Source: Amoeboaphelidium protococcarum X5
Taxonomy: Eukaryota > Fungi > Aphelidiomycota
Direction of reading: 5' to 3'
Length of the DNA stretch: 64,000 nucleotides
Assembly (NCBI GenBank): GCA_023515725.1
Contig: JALDTO010000156.1
Location: forward strand, 1-64,000
Part shown: positions 24,397 through 41,274 of the stretch, piece after piece
How the letters are laid out: every line of letters starts with the position of its first letter
How positions within the stretch are numbered: the stretch's first letter is position 1
Notes under the pieces: generated by a model
The model's input: the letters and a program-made list of their open reading frames with translations, nothing else
Told to the model about the DNA's origin: nothing
Databases searched by the model: none
Program-made: the position numbers and the translations under genes

Positions 24397-25953
24397 ATGA
24401 ATGATGAAAATGTCGTTTTCGGTGGAAGTAAGGATAAGATGAATACTGGAGATCCTAATTAGCATGTGCATATTGTAATAACTTCAAGTTCTCCACCGAA
24501 AAATAATAACATCATCAGTAATCCATTTGAAGAGGTGGTCACTCCTATGGGCATACATTACCTTGAAGATGAAGTGGAGAGTTAGTCCGTTTAATAGTCT
24601 ACCGTGTCGCAGGATTACTTTTAGTAGAAGGATACGTATCCAGCGTCAACAACAACCATGGTGGGTGATAATAATAAAGCGTAAACTTCAACAATATCAG
24701 ATCAATTTGGATAAAAGACTTTTACTTCCCCTCTCAGGCGACGATCATCTATAAACTTTAAAAAGCTTGAAGAATTCATGGAGGGAGCCGCTGTGGCATC
24801 AACTGATAAGCTTCTGTCCTCTGCCACCTCTGAGGACGATAACTATCGCAATAACAGTAACAGTTATAGCAATACATCATCCGTATATAATAAGCCATTA
24901 TCTGCTATCAAGTAAGCTCAAATACATTATTATGCGGTGCATTAGGGAATGTAGTATTAGGCGAAATCATTGCTTGAACTTAATAGTAAAGCTCCCCTTG
25001 TTGAACTGTTGGCATAGAAAGATTTCTGGCTCGATTTGAGCAATGTCGATGATGATCAACTCAAAGTGGTTGGCAGTCTGTTTAATGTTCATCCACTCAC
25101 GACTGAGGATATTATTTAGCAGGATGCTCGTGAGAAGGTGGAGTATTATAAGAATTACATATTTCTCTCGTACTCGATGCTGGTAGGGAATCAAGTGGTT
25201 ATGATGTATGTATTGGTGTACGATGCATTCATAATTTCGGTTCATTTCTGCGAGGATATCAACGTGGATATTGTGAGGTAGAAGGTGGTGAAAAGACTTG
25301 GTGGATTGAACAGCTTTATGAATGTCAATAGTCGATGGATCGCGTATGCTATAATTGATCAGATTACCGATTAGTTCATCCCCATCATTCGAGATATTGA
25401 ATTGGAAGTGGATGCTATCGATGATCTGGTGCTTGTTGTGCGGAATGCATGTGATCAGAGTGATATGTTGAGGAGAATCGCCCTCGGAAGGAAGTAGGTG
25501 ATGAACATGCAGCGATTACTGTAGCCAAAGAATGATATGCTCCGTGGACTGATGAAGAGGGTGACAACGGACAGGCACTGGAAAGATGTTAATTTGTACT
25601 TGGGAGATGTGTAAGATCACGTAATTGCTCTGTGTGATCTGCTGGTGCATTTGGATACCACTGTGAATAGGAGTCATGCAAACTACTTGGCTCAGATCAA
25701 CATTGACATCACAAAGGCCAGTAATACTAGCAATGATATAATGGCGCGACTGACTGCTCTCGCTGGCATTCTTATTCCGCTCAATTTGATCACTTCTATG
25801 TGGGGAATGAACGTGCGCCTACCCGGCATGGTGGGCTTTGATGATAGCTTTGTGCCGTTCATTGTTATTCTGACTGTATGCTTAATGATCATGGCATGCG
25901 GGTATCTGTTCATTTACAAGCCCATCTCTAAAGCTCACAAGAAGAATAAATGA
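24397..25953 (+). CDS. CorA-family Mg2+ transporter (Alr1/Mnr2-like); a first exon may start at 24083
   Basis: FNVHPLTTEDI; YLGDVQDH; LIPLNLITSMWGMNVRLPG (GMN motif) followed by a TM. Confidence 0.9.
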
Positions 25954-26291
25954 ATACATCGATTTTAGATTGAATATAGATAGACTTTGATTTATGCATC
26001 CATTCAGTACATTACTGCGAACATTACCATTGTTGCTTTTGCGCGTTCTGAATGTGTGATTTATTCAAAGGATTGAGTTTATATTTCTTTTATTATCAAG
26101 AGTGAAGCGAGAGATATAGAGAGGGACTTCTTTATCATACCTTATCATCAGTTTCGATCTCTTGAGTAGTTTCCTTCTTCAAGGGGAAGAGACAATCTTT
26201 CCTTTCTAATGAAATACAGCGTGGACGCGTGTAGAATTTGAACGTTATTTGGCATTATTTGAAGTCAATACACACTTGAGTAACTTCTATA

Positions 26292-27806
26292 ATGTCTCTT
26301 TAGGTTGGATAGAGAGTGAAGGTACCCAGCGATGCATATGGAATTATCAGATTTATTGGGAAAACGTAGTTTAAGGCTGGTGTCTGGGTGGGAATAGAAC
26401 TGGAATCTGCCAGTGGTAAAAATGATGGATCTGTATAGGGTGTGAGATACTTTAATTGTACTGATGGTCATGGGCTCTTTGTCTCTTATGAAAGGATTCT
26501 GGATTTAAATGCTTAATAAGTTCTCAACATTCCATCATCTCTGGATATGCCGTACTCTCCTGGGCCTGCAGTGAGAGCTTCTATTCCGCGATCTTCATCT
26601 TCATCATCCTCACTGTCCACCCGTGCTGGTTCAGTATCATAATCAACATCACTATCTTCTAAACTGACTTCTTAGCAATAGACGCACCTTCCCCAGCTTG
26701 GCTCTCTTGTTAATGGTAAATCCTCTCCTGGCTTGAATAGTAATAAATCAGCTTAGCGTGCTCTCAGGTAACCATAGATTAGATCATTGTCCCAGAGTAA
26801 GTTATCCGATGGTACTTTGACTAAAAACACTGCATAATCTACTGCTTCTTATACAATTTCATAAGTTGGTGGATCTACCCCATCTCCTATCAAATAATAA
26901 CCTCCGATATCTCATTCAACTCCGCTTAGTAATCAGTCATTATAGCATACTCCTCCAAAGTAAATATCTCAATAATAATCTGATTAATCTGAAGCGAAGG
27001 TAAATGGTGATAATGTATTTCTGTCGTCTTATAATCATGAACTGAAGCAGTCTATGGGAGTTAGTATTGGTGTTTAATGCGATTTGCTCGTGGATTAGAG
27101 TGACTTAATTAATAAGCTTAATGCTTAAAAACTTCAATAATAGTAAGATATCGAGACGTAGAATGTTGTGAACAAGAATTTATAAAGTGAAAATGAACAT
27201 TTACAATCTCAAGTTTAGTCTAAAGACTCTGAAGTTGTGAAATTGCAAGATAAATTGGGTCAAACGGAGAACCTGAATAGTTAGCTATTATAAGACGTGT
27301 AAAAATTGGAGGAAGACTTACAAGTCACTTCATAGTAAGTAGAAAAGTATTAGAAAGCGTTAAAAGATGAATAGATTAAGTTTTAGAATTTAAAATTAAG
27401 TTAATAGAATGTGGAAGAGAATCTGAGCTAGAAATTTGATCAAGAGAGGTTGCAACATAATGAGTAACTATAGCGATTGAATGATGAACTACAAGATTTG
27501 AAAAAATTTAAAGAAGAAGTGGAATCTATGATTGCGGCAGATACCCAAGTAGACGTCGAGGATCATTATTATGATCGCGACATTGATATCAGTCAAGTAG
27601 ACTAATAGTAGCAAGATATTACAGTTTCAGAGAATTTGGAGATTCTATGTTCACTTTGCGGTGAAATGGGTCACTTGGCTGATTAATGCGCAGACTCTAT
27701 GCTGACTGCTAACGCTATTCTATCTGACGTTGAAGATTGGTGTGATATTTGTTAAAGCACTCAACATCATACTTCGGAATGTCCTTACATTGATGAGACG
27801 TTTTGA
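26292..27806 (+). CDS. CLIP1: CLIP-170/Bik1-like CAP-Gly microtubule plus-end protein
   Basis: GVWVGIELESASGKNDGSVQGVRYF; coiled coil; two Zn knuckles; C-terminal DETF*. Confidence 0.88.
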
Positions 27807-27855
27807 ACTCCTAAGCATTAATAAATTATAGATTGCTATTCTATATTATTGGTGT

Positions 27856-29046
27856 TCATTTCAAGTGTTCTCTACATGATTTTACATGATCGACAAGAAG
27901 TTCACATGCCCCCCTTGGCGTCTAATGGTGTAGAACAAGCCTCAGCACGAAATCTTCATCCTTTGTACGCCCAATCCCAAATTAATCGAAGCTGTATCCG
28001 AAATCAGCCAATTTTATGCATGACTTATCCGCATTGGATGTATCTTTATTGCAGTTGTCAATAGCGTCCACAAATTTCTTGACAGAAGTGCTGCGGCCTG
28101 GAACTATATCTCTCACATTCAGGAATACCATATTAGTCTCCACCTTGTTCATGATGCGAAGACTTGGTACGGCTTTAAGTAAATTTTGAGATAGCCAGAG
28201 TGCATTCGAATGATCTTTCATCATCAAAGAATGTCCATCTGTGTCTTTGTCTACGAATATCTCTTGTATTGCACAATGAGCGGCTTCAGCCAATGGACCA
28301 GATTATCTCCATCCACCTCCGAATAGTTTGCGATAATGCCTAGCTTATGCAATCAATTAAGAATTCCCAACAAGAATTGATCCAATCGGTGCTCCAATAC
28401 CCTTGCTCAAACATAGAGAGACACTGTCAAACTGAGTGCAATACTATTCAATAGATATTCCTGTGGCTGCTGAAGCATTCCACAGTCTAGCTCCATCACA
28501 ATGTAGAATAAGATTGTGTTCCGTGCAATACTTGCGGATCCGTTTAATCTCATCAAAAGGGAAAATGGAACCAGATAAAGTATTCTCCAAACTGACTATT
28601 CTAGTCTTGGCCTGATGAACGTCCTCCCCGAGAACATTGGCTGCGATCCGCTCCACTGTAAGATGACCAGTTTTGCTATCTGGTGCCACCGGTAAAGTGC
28701 CAGCTTAAGAATGGTAGGCAATGCCGTGGTTCTCATACTTCCACACATGCGAACGAGAGTCCAATAGGACAGACTGCAAAGCTCCCGTCAACCAAGAGCG
28801 AAATGCAAGCTAATTTGTCATTGTTCCCGTTACGCAAAACAATGCCGCTTCATGTCCAGTCAGTTTAGCCATATACTACTCCAGCTTTTGAGTCGATTCA
28901 TCCTCTTCATACACATCGTCTCCCATGGAACTTTACATCATTCGTTGTAACATTCTCTTAGTTGGCTTTGTAACAGTATCGCTCCTGAAATCATAGACAA
29001 CTCTACCACAGCTCTACCATCTAAATTAATTTACCAATCTACTCAT
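27856..29046 (-). CDS. GLY1: Low-specificity L-threonine aldolase
   Basis: YDFRSDTVTKPT; MGDDVYEED; LHCDGARLWNA; SLCLSKGIGAPIGS. Confidence 0.93.
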
Positions 29047-29291
29047 TTTAAGTAGCTTATTTATGATGAAAAGTCAGTTCGCAAATGATGCCAAGAAATT
29101 CATAATGTAATAGAACTCTCAAAGATCAGACTGATCAAACAATCAGCCATCGTTGACCGGCAAGCTATTAATATCAATTTGATTTAAAATAGTTGATATT
29201 ATTACTATCACGTCTTGCTGCTGTTCTTTATTCGAAAAAGCTTAAATTTTACCACGTTAATATATATATACAGTATATATCAAAGTGACAA

Positions 29292-29702
29292 ATGGACATA
29301 CATACTGAGACACCTACACCGGCGACAACTCAAATTTTGGTAGAGTAAAGTATATCGTCCCTTTCAGTTGTTTCATAATCATCAACAGTAACGCCCACTC
29401 TGTTGAATAACAACACGACAGAAATCAATATCGATCAGCCTAGCTTCTCAACCTTATTACTTGTGGCACTAATTATGGCAATATTGGTGTACGTGGCAGT
29501 TTACATTTATCGATATGTTGGAAACATGGCTCAGATGAGGGGTTTTGACTTCAAGAAGACTATGCGTGAAGGTGGGTGGACGCGATTGGGAGCATCGCCT
29601 CACAGCGACAAGTTTAACGAAGGATTCGACACTCTTGCTGATGATGATGATATCCAAAGTCTGGAACACGGTCAATTCTTTAAAATGTCTGACTTGAAAT
29701 GA
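29292..29702 (+). CDS. Small single-pass membrane protein (Ser/Thr-rich N-terminus)
   Basis: S/T-rich ectodomain, TM LLLVALIMAILVYVAVYIY, acidic tail, TGA. Confidence 0.7.
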
Positions 29703-29958
29703 TAATATTTGTATATTATAAGTCTATTTAGTACCTATTTCTTGTTTTGAACTTGAGATTTAATGTATCGAGAATGATAACGCCATCAAATGAAGCATGA
29801 ACCACCTCCGTATATTTTATTCCATTCGGCCTTATCACAAAACGCGCAAAATTTGTGACCGAAAGCCACCGACTGGCCCACAGATTTTGTATCGATATCA
29901 ACACCCACAGACACACACACACCACATAATTTAATTATATTCATATTTGGAAATAGCA

Positions 29959-30669
29959 ATGGCATAAGGTTGTGTTATCCGTGTAGTATTGACTGGTGGC
30001 CCGTGTGGTGGAAAATCCATTGCATAGAAATTACTCGCTGAGCTATTTGAAGGTATGGGCTGGAAGGTGTATCGAGTGCCAGAGGCTGCCACTGTCATGC
30101 TCAGTGGCGGTGTACTATTTTCTGACTTGAACCAGGATCAGGCTTATCATTTCCAGAAGGATCTACTCAAAGTCATGCTGTGCATTGAGCAGACATACTT
30201 CAATCTGGCGAGTAGTCTGGCTGCGTGTGGTCAAAAGTGTCTGGTAGTCTGTGATAGAGGCGCCATGGACTGTTCGGCGTACATCGATCGCGAATCGTGG
30301 CTGAAAATGGTCGCCGAGCTGGGTGAGGATGAGCTGGATCTTCGCGACTGTCGATACGATCACGTCGTTCATCTCGTGTCTGCAGCTGATGGTGCCGAGC
30401 AGTATTACAATGTATCCAACAATAATGTCCGCTCCGAGGGAATTGATCTTGCGCGAAAGTTGGACAAGTTGTGCCAGGCTGCCTGGAAGTAGCATCCACA
30501 CTATGAAATCATCGATAACTCTACCGGGTTTTCCAAGAAGTGCGAACGCGTCGTTGACCATTTGACCTCTTAACTTGGGATATCGTCTGATCAATACTCA
30601 ACCGTCTAACAGAGCACCTTATCCAACAAATAGTTGCCTCTTTCCAAACAATAAGTATAATAAAATTGA
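29959..30669 (+). CDS. ttd14: Ttd14/NadR-like AAA_28 P-loop protein
   Basis: RVVLTGGPCGGKS...GWKVYRVPEAAT; VVCDRGAMD; RYDHVVHLVSAADGAE. Confidence 0.85.
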
Positions 30670-30886
30670 TCTTTGTGATATTTTGAATTATATTTAATTA
30701 GAAAAGTCTTTCTATCTGACTTTATACTGTAATTGATTTGTTATCTTTGATAGGTGTGATTTAAGGGTCATAATGGCTACAGTGCAAAGGGGGCACATTC
30801 CATCAGCTTGCGTGCTATTTCTATTTAAAAAAACAAGCCTTTTTTATATTTGCTGTCATATTTAACCATTTTATTGTTGTATCACG

Positions 30887-32761
30887 ATGAGGAAATCAAG
30901 ATTAAACTTAAAAGCCGGTTTAGTTATTATCGTTTTGCTAGCAGCTGGATCAACTGCGGCATAGATAGATGGGGTGTTTGATCAAGATTTGGATTAGTCA
31001 GGCAAACAAGATTATCCAGATATCATGAACATACTACCCATGTCCAAGGGAGATTCTAGTGATGTTTTCTTTATGGCAACAGAGGAATCTCAGCTCTAGG
31101 ATTCGACTACATTAAACAATGCTTTAACGTGTAATTATCAGGCTGAATTTGATAGCTTTGTGGATTTGGCTAACGATGATACCACGCCTACTGAAGATAG
31201 ATAGAGCATTCACCAACGACGCGTCATATAGAATCTGTAAAATTCGTTTGCTTCTGGATGTGAATTGTTTCCACATAAATGTGCTGCTCGCTTTGGATGG
31301 GAAGGATATGATGGGCTGTAAAAGCTATTTGATTTTGATCATTAATCAGAGTAGTTTCTCGATGGCGCGTAATCTAATTTGGAAGTTGAGAACATGCTCT
31401 ACAAATATTTACACACACCATATAGCACCGACGCGTAACAGGAAGAAGAAGATAACAGTCAGCTATTCAGTGTGGCCAAGTATCATCTGTACAAAGCTCT
31501 GTGGGGACTGGTCGAACGGTCGAATCATCAAGTGCTTGAATATTTACATCCGTATGATGGCGGCAAAAAGTTGCGGGCGAGCGTAAATATTAAGCGACAT
31601 CTTACTGGACACCGCCGCTACGATGGTCAATGTCTGAACCCCCAGCGATGGATATTTAGCTTCTTTGAATTGGGTCAGTTGGCTTTACCAACCAATCTGA
31701 ATCATCCTTTCCGCTTTGATGAAATGTAAGGAATTGTTGACGTGCAGAAGTACATCATATAAAGTATGAAGAAGATTTATAGTCCTCAGTGTGGTCTCTT
31801 TGCTCCATTTATAATGTTTGCCGTTGGTAAAACTATCCTGCAATCTCTCAGCGAATGGGTCAAGTCGGATAATGCGATCACTCAAAGCGGTAGATAATTC
31901 GCTAAACTCACACAACTTGGCAAGTCGTAAAATATTTATGAGCAGGTACTTAAAGACTTGTCGAATGATCTTGATGAATTTTATGAGCAGTCCAACCAGG
32001 GAAGTAGACGTGGTGGTACGTAGAATAATTAAGAAGTTGTCCATTGGCACATACTTCGCGGCGTCCTCTTTGCAGTTGTACACGATGTATAAATGTCTCT
32101 CAGTGTAACGTTAGAAAGTGCTATATACAACATGGTTTATGGTTCTCTGTCTCATGGCAGAACTTTTGGTTTTGCTCGCGGTTTTGGACTAAAGCCAGAC
32201 CTGTTTAATATCTAGGATTAGACATTTTTCAAGACCTTGGTATCTATGGCGTAAGCCATGTGCTTTGCTGCATCATAATCATATCATCAATTGCTTGAGT
32301 TCTCGTGGTAAGTCCCGGTTCTCTCTGGATTAACGCAGTTGTAAACTCCATTATATAATTACAATTGGATGGATATAGCACAATTTGGACATGAAAAGTA
32401 TGATAACTACATCTTCCCGCTAGATTATGGCATATTTCCACTTATGAAGAAGGACACTGTCACATTCCGCAAATTGGGAACTGCTGCTCATACCACATTT
32501 ATGTTTCGTGCTGGTGAGTCGTAATTCAGGCGCTTCTCGAAGTAGCCCGGAGATGGCGGTGAAGGTGGGGATAATCATGATTTGGTGGAACAAGATGACG
32601 CGCAGCCACTACAAAATGTTCAAGAAGACAGGAATGAAGGTATCGAAGGATCGGAGGATAGTAACCGTTTAAGGGCCAGCGATAGCTTGGCCGATGGTGA
32701 TTATAACAATCCGCATTAAATTCTGACAGAAGACAGCGTGCGTAATCAGGAATATCTGTGA
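30887..32761 (+). CDS. Secreted hypothetical protein (624 aa)
   Basis: Signal peptide MRKSRLNLKAGLVIIVLLAAGSTAA; uninterrupted frame in table 6; no recognisable domain. Confidence 0.75.
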
Positions 32762-32819
32762 AATGTTGAATTTATAATATAGAAGTTATTAAAATTATAA
32801 TATATATTTAATTGATATA

Positions 32820-34583
32820 TCATTCGGAGGCTTTGATGTTAAATGCAAGGATTCTGTCCGTGCAGAGGGCAATTATCTAGAAATGTTTATGATCGATAGA
32901 GACGGCAGTAATTTCTTGAGCGATACAATTTTAAGGCAAGAGAAGTCTTTAAGGGAGGAATTACTTACAATCAGGAGAGTCTGAAGATTTTAGAGGAAGA
33001 ACCTAAATACCGTTGGAAGAGGAATCATGCATGAATAGTGCAACTTGGCCATCGTACCATTTTACTACAGTCTCGCAGCCAACTTGGTTCGATGAGTAAA
33101 GCATCTACTGAGTATGCAAAGACTAAAAAGTGCACTTTTGGCCTTTTTAAATGTTAGAATGATCAAGACTTATCTCTAAAACATCTAGTTGATTTAAGGC
33201 AGATCTATCACTACTCAAAACATTCATAAATAAGCCTCCGCTTTATTCAACGGCGCCTGCTCTTAATATTGACTTGCCACCTATATCGAGTTCTAGTTTC
33301 TAACAGCTAATATCTTCTGTATTATTTGATGGCAAGATGATATGGTATACACCAGAATTATTATGACAAAATAGACGTTGATACTCACCATTCTAAGTCC
33401 AATAGAGGGACTAAATAGAACGCATTGCAGAGCCCATAATTTCTGGAAATTTCAATTGTATCGAATCTAAAGACTGTGACTTTAAGTCATAGACAATAAT
33501 TGAATTTATGGATGTCCCAACGTAAATTCTACTAGATTCATCAAAGCAACACGACCATGCAGCACATGGAAGTTGCAATGTATGAACGACTACTCCTTTA
33601 TCAGATTTTACAATTTATGCAACTTTATCCAATGAAACAGATGCTAGATAACCAGAGTTGGACACTGCCAAGCATTTGATAGGACGCTTATGCAAATTGT
33701 CTACACGCAAACGCATTGTGGTATCATGAAAATTGACTATCATTACACTTGATGCGACACCATCCCATAGCGAGAGCACAATCAAACTTTATCGCGTATC
33801 AATCAGCATATTATCGTAAAGGACATTGCTATTACTGTCAGACTACAGTGAAAGTAACTCTACTGGTTATATAGACAATAAATTAGCTTCAGACTAATCA
33901 CCAATGACAGGCAATTACTAAATAGAATTACCCTACTTTATTTAGTCGTATAACTACTACCAATGCATCATCTGCTGTCTGTACTCGTCGCGTTCTTTTC
34001 TGCACATCTGAAACGCCAGCTGCAATTGACCGAGCTCCGTCTCCAGTTTCAAACGTTTACGCGACTCTGACGCGAGTTTCTGCTGAGCATCAGCCAATTC
34101 GCTATTATCAATCACAGTAAGCTTACTCAGAAACAGCTATCGAATGTCATTCCGTCGCGCTGGTTTGTTGCATTAGGGACATTTGGCGCGAGATCTCTAT
34201 TAAATGGAGCTATTGATCCAGTGCAGAATGCATTTGTACCCGAAAAGATGCCCGCAAGACAGTGAAACAATTCTATGCTAACCATTACTTGTCCAGACCT
34301 CCATACAAATAGGACAAGTTCTACCATCTTCGTCATCATCATCATTATTCATTTATCCATTATTACATTAATTGCCACCTTGTCCATCCATATTTTCCTT
34401 ATTTTGCAATACACTTGGTAACTTGACGGCATTCAAATCTTCAAAATTTTATCTACACGTTTTGATAGTATATACGGTATTAAACAGTGCTTAGTCAATT
34501 AATAGTTATAAAGACATTTACTCGTTAAACTCATTGGCAGAAGTATCACTCTCAATGACTATGGTATTACTAAGTTCTGCCAT
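32820..34583 (-). CDS. RFWD3: RING-WD40 E3 ubiquitin ligase RFWD3
   Basis: [31 protein letters not shown]...CPQCNK; coiled coil; WD40 repeats (LPCAAWSCCFD). Confidence 0.88.
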
Positions 34584-34923
34584 ACTTTGTTGGACAGTAG
34601 TGAAGAATTAAACATGAACGGAAATAGTGACAGACGTTGCTGAAACAGAATGACAAGCTAAAAATTAGCTTAGAAAGAGTCATGAAGCGCGAAAATTGAT
34701 TATAATTTAAGTTCACTATTATGATCTTATTTTGGTTTATTTATAAAGTCATGGTATGTGTTTAACTAAAAATTCATCCTATGATGTATATAGGATATAC
34801 ACAACGTGTCTCAATGCTTACAATTGTCATTTCTCCCTGCTCGCCTTTATGCGCCTTCGTTCTTTGTTCTTCTCGCCGTTGATTCTATCAGTGTCATAAT
34901 ATTGGATTTTTAAAACTTTTAAC

Positions 34924-38133
<3,210 letters not shown>

Positions 38134-38212
38134 GAATGAAGATTAAATGAGGTAGAGTCTGAATTAAAATCAATTAATCAAATTCTGTTTATTTATTTAC
38201 CGTATATTACTT

Positions 38213-39193
38213 TCAATTTTATTAAAGGCCCATCTGTCCTGCAGCGGCCTAAGTCCAATCAATTTTAGTCAGATCAACTTGCTGACCCCCGATGGAGATT
38301 GTCTGAGAGAAAGGCATTGGACAGTCGAACCCAGCAGTGTGCTGAATTGTAGGAATCCTAATCTTGATCACATCAGTCACCTTCAACACAGCATCGACGC
38401 GAACATAAATCTAAAACTGCTTCACAGGTTTATTAGAGTTCGGAGGTATGGAGCAAGATGCAATGATATCTTTAGGCAAGACGCCTGACTTGTCCATACC
38501 AAAATCGAAAAACAGATTCATTGGGAGATCGAGAGGGGATAGCTTCTACTTGGGCAAGGTGTAACTGGCGAGCCTGGATGTAGCCAAAACTTGTGACGGC
38601 AAAACAGCATCAGCTGCAGTGATCACGACATCTTCAAACGCCAAATCCATACGATTGGGGTTATTAATCACGGCCGAGACGATCACTGATAAGTTGAATG
38701 ATGGAGCTCGTTTTCCATCTTGGCCCAGATCAAACATGAGCGCATTTCTGATTGAACCATTTTGGCTTTCCAATGCCTTGGCGCTCTTCACATCAACCGT
38801 AGGCATTCCAACCCAAAGCACCAGATACACAATCAACGCAATTAATCCAAGCAGAAATAGAAGTAGACACAGACTTGTAAGAACCCAGAATTTCCAACCT
38901 CTGCTCATGGCTGATTTGAGCATCTATCTCGCAACTCCACCAGCAGCGGCACCTTTTCCATCTCCATACAATGATTAAGCTTCCGAATCAGCAGGAGATG
39001 CAATGCTCTAAGGACGGCCACTGCTGAGACTATCAGAGGACATTCTCATCTTTGCCGGCGTATATCTGAGCTTCTACTGGCTTTAACTCATGCCAGCAAC
39101 ATTCATTGCCTTTCTCTCTTTGCGAGGTACGTATTACCTCTCGTCATTATTGATCGCCTCACTTGCCTGCAAACGTACAGCCTTCTTTCCCAT
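38213..39193 (-). CDS. Type II membrane protein with LEA_2-like domain
   Basis: TM segment followed by MPTVDV...INNPNRMDL and C-terminal Cys residues; same architecture as 10442-11020. Confidence 0.7.
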
Positions 39194-39423
39194 ATGATTG
39201 AACTGAAATGTGGGATATCAACTAAAAATATGGAATAATATATTAAGTGACTATAATAATGCTTTGTAAAAGATAAAACAAGAGGGAAATATAATCTCTG
39301 AAAGACTACACAAGAGAAATGTTTGATGTATTATTGGCAACACAAAGTCTATTTATAGAAGCAAAGTCAAACTGCACCGATGAACAAAGTTTAGTAAGTA
39401 CCTCATACCAATCCCAGTCATGA

Positions 39424-39843
39424 TCACTATCGCAATGAAATCGTCTAAAATCTTTTAAGCGGCTATGATAGCAGTTACTTCACTCTCTCTTGGTCTTCAG
39501 CAAGCTTAATCTCTGCTGGAAACGCGTAAATTTTAGAAGCATCATTCACAGCCTTGCGCCATTCAGATCTAGTACCATACTTCTAAATGAAATGCCACTT
39601 TCTAGTTTTCAATCCCTGGCAATACTATTCATTAATCTTAAAATTTTATTCCACTCCACTCTGAGGCTGAAAACGCGTCGGATCTCTCTGAACCAGTCGC
39701 ATTGGTGCCTGCATTGGAGGATACTTTTTCATCACATCCAGCCATAGCGGCTTTCTTATCAGACTTCCCGATAGAAGAGTCTCTTCCACGATATTATGCA
39801 GATTCTGCGCGCAATATTTAGGTAAATTAGCAGATCTTGACAT
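39424..39843 (-). CDS. Probable mitochondrial ribosomal protein mS23 (Rsm25)-like
   Basis: GSLIRKPLWLDVMKKYPP resembles the mS23 N-terminal signature. Confidence 0.6.
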
Positions 39844-40048
39844 TTTCGTTAGCTGTACTCGAGTAGTAAAGTGAAGAAATTACTCAGGAGACGTCACTGT
39901 TTAAAACTGAAAAGTGTTAATGATAAACTATGGCCATGTGCTTTAAAAGCGCCTCTCAATGTCTATAACAAATATAAAATTGGTGAAAGATAAGAATGAG
40001 TTTAAAATCTATGTAATCTATTGTGGAGTAAAATGTTGGAGATCATAA

Positions 40049-40558
40049 TCACAACAGTGACAGAGCAATGGTGCAAGAGAGTACACTGAAGACACCCAGA
40101 GCGCTCAGAGCAATTGATTCGGACGCGTCAGAGCTCTTGTCCTTGTCAGCGTTAGAAGGTGGTGGAGCAGGGATCTCAACGAATGACTTACTTTACAGAG
40201 CCTGCACACTGCCACAGAATCCCCTTTTACACTGAGCACTACAGCCACTTGCACCACTAGGATTATTAGCCAGACACTGGTCAATACACGACAACACGGC
40301 ACCGTTACACTGAGCAATCTCAACAGGGAATGCATTCACTGGCTACACAGTTGGGAATTTGCCAGTAGATGAACACAAACAGTTCCACTTCATAGAGAAG
40401 CTATCACAGGTATTAGTAGAGGCACTTCCACTACAAAAGTTGGAGCAGGCATACTAGTTGGAGAGACACAGCTGGCTCTTTTCGCCTTCATTGACAGCAG
40501 TAGACAGATCATACGCGTAAGTCATAGCGATCAAACTTGAAACAATGATGAACTTCAT
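40049..40558 (-). CDS. Small secreted Cys-rich, probably GPI-anchored protein
   Basis: Signal peptide MKFIIVSSLIAMTYA, about 12 Cys in the core, S-rich linker and hydrophobic C-terminus. Confidence 0.8.
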
Positions 40559-40746
40559 TTTATAATAATTATTACTTTGAGGACTATTAGTTTATTTAGA
40601 TAGATATATATTGTAATAGATATTTTGTTGAGAGAAAGAGATGGAGTGCTGGTAAAGTGAGCTTTTATAGTGAATCCAGATAAATATTTATAGTATCAGA
40701 AAGTGCTATAAAAAGCAAGATAATCTATATCGAGTAACACTCAAGA

Positions 40747-41274
40747 TCACTAATCTCTAACCTGTTCTAATAACATATCCAGTATACTCATACCAATATT
40801 TACATCAATTGCTACAGATCCGGAGCTGCTATCAGATAGTTCAGATCCAGATTCTGACGCTGTTTCGTGATCGCCATCTTCAGTGTCGGAGGCTTCATTG
40901 TGATCAGGAGTCTCATCGCTATCACCGACCAACTCCAGCTAAGAATCCACAATATCGCTGATGTTTGACGTGTTTAGTCTTTTGTTGGCTTACTCAATCT
41001 ATGGTAGAAATTATTACAATCTAGATATCAAATCAGACTATTCTTTGATAGAAGATGCATCAATAGGCAAGATGCGCGATTCCTTTTCATCCCTCAGCAT
41101 ATCAGACACTAATTTCCTCTTTCGCACCGATAACTTTTAATCATCACCATTGTCTGTAATATTTAAAGATTTATTCACACATGACAGATCGCTTTCAACG
41201 GTATTATCATCTAAGTCTATCTTGGTTTCGCTGATATCAGACTCAGAATGTACCTCTTCAACTAGTGTTACCAT
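40747..41274 (-). CDS. NOPCHAP1: DUF4598/NOPCHAP1-like protein
   Basis: SDLISRLQQFLPQIEQANKRL...acidic stretch...IDVNIGMSIL. Confidence 0.7.
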
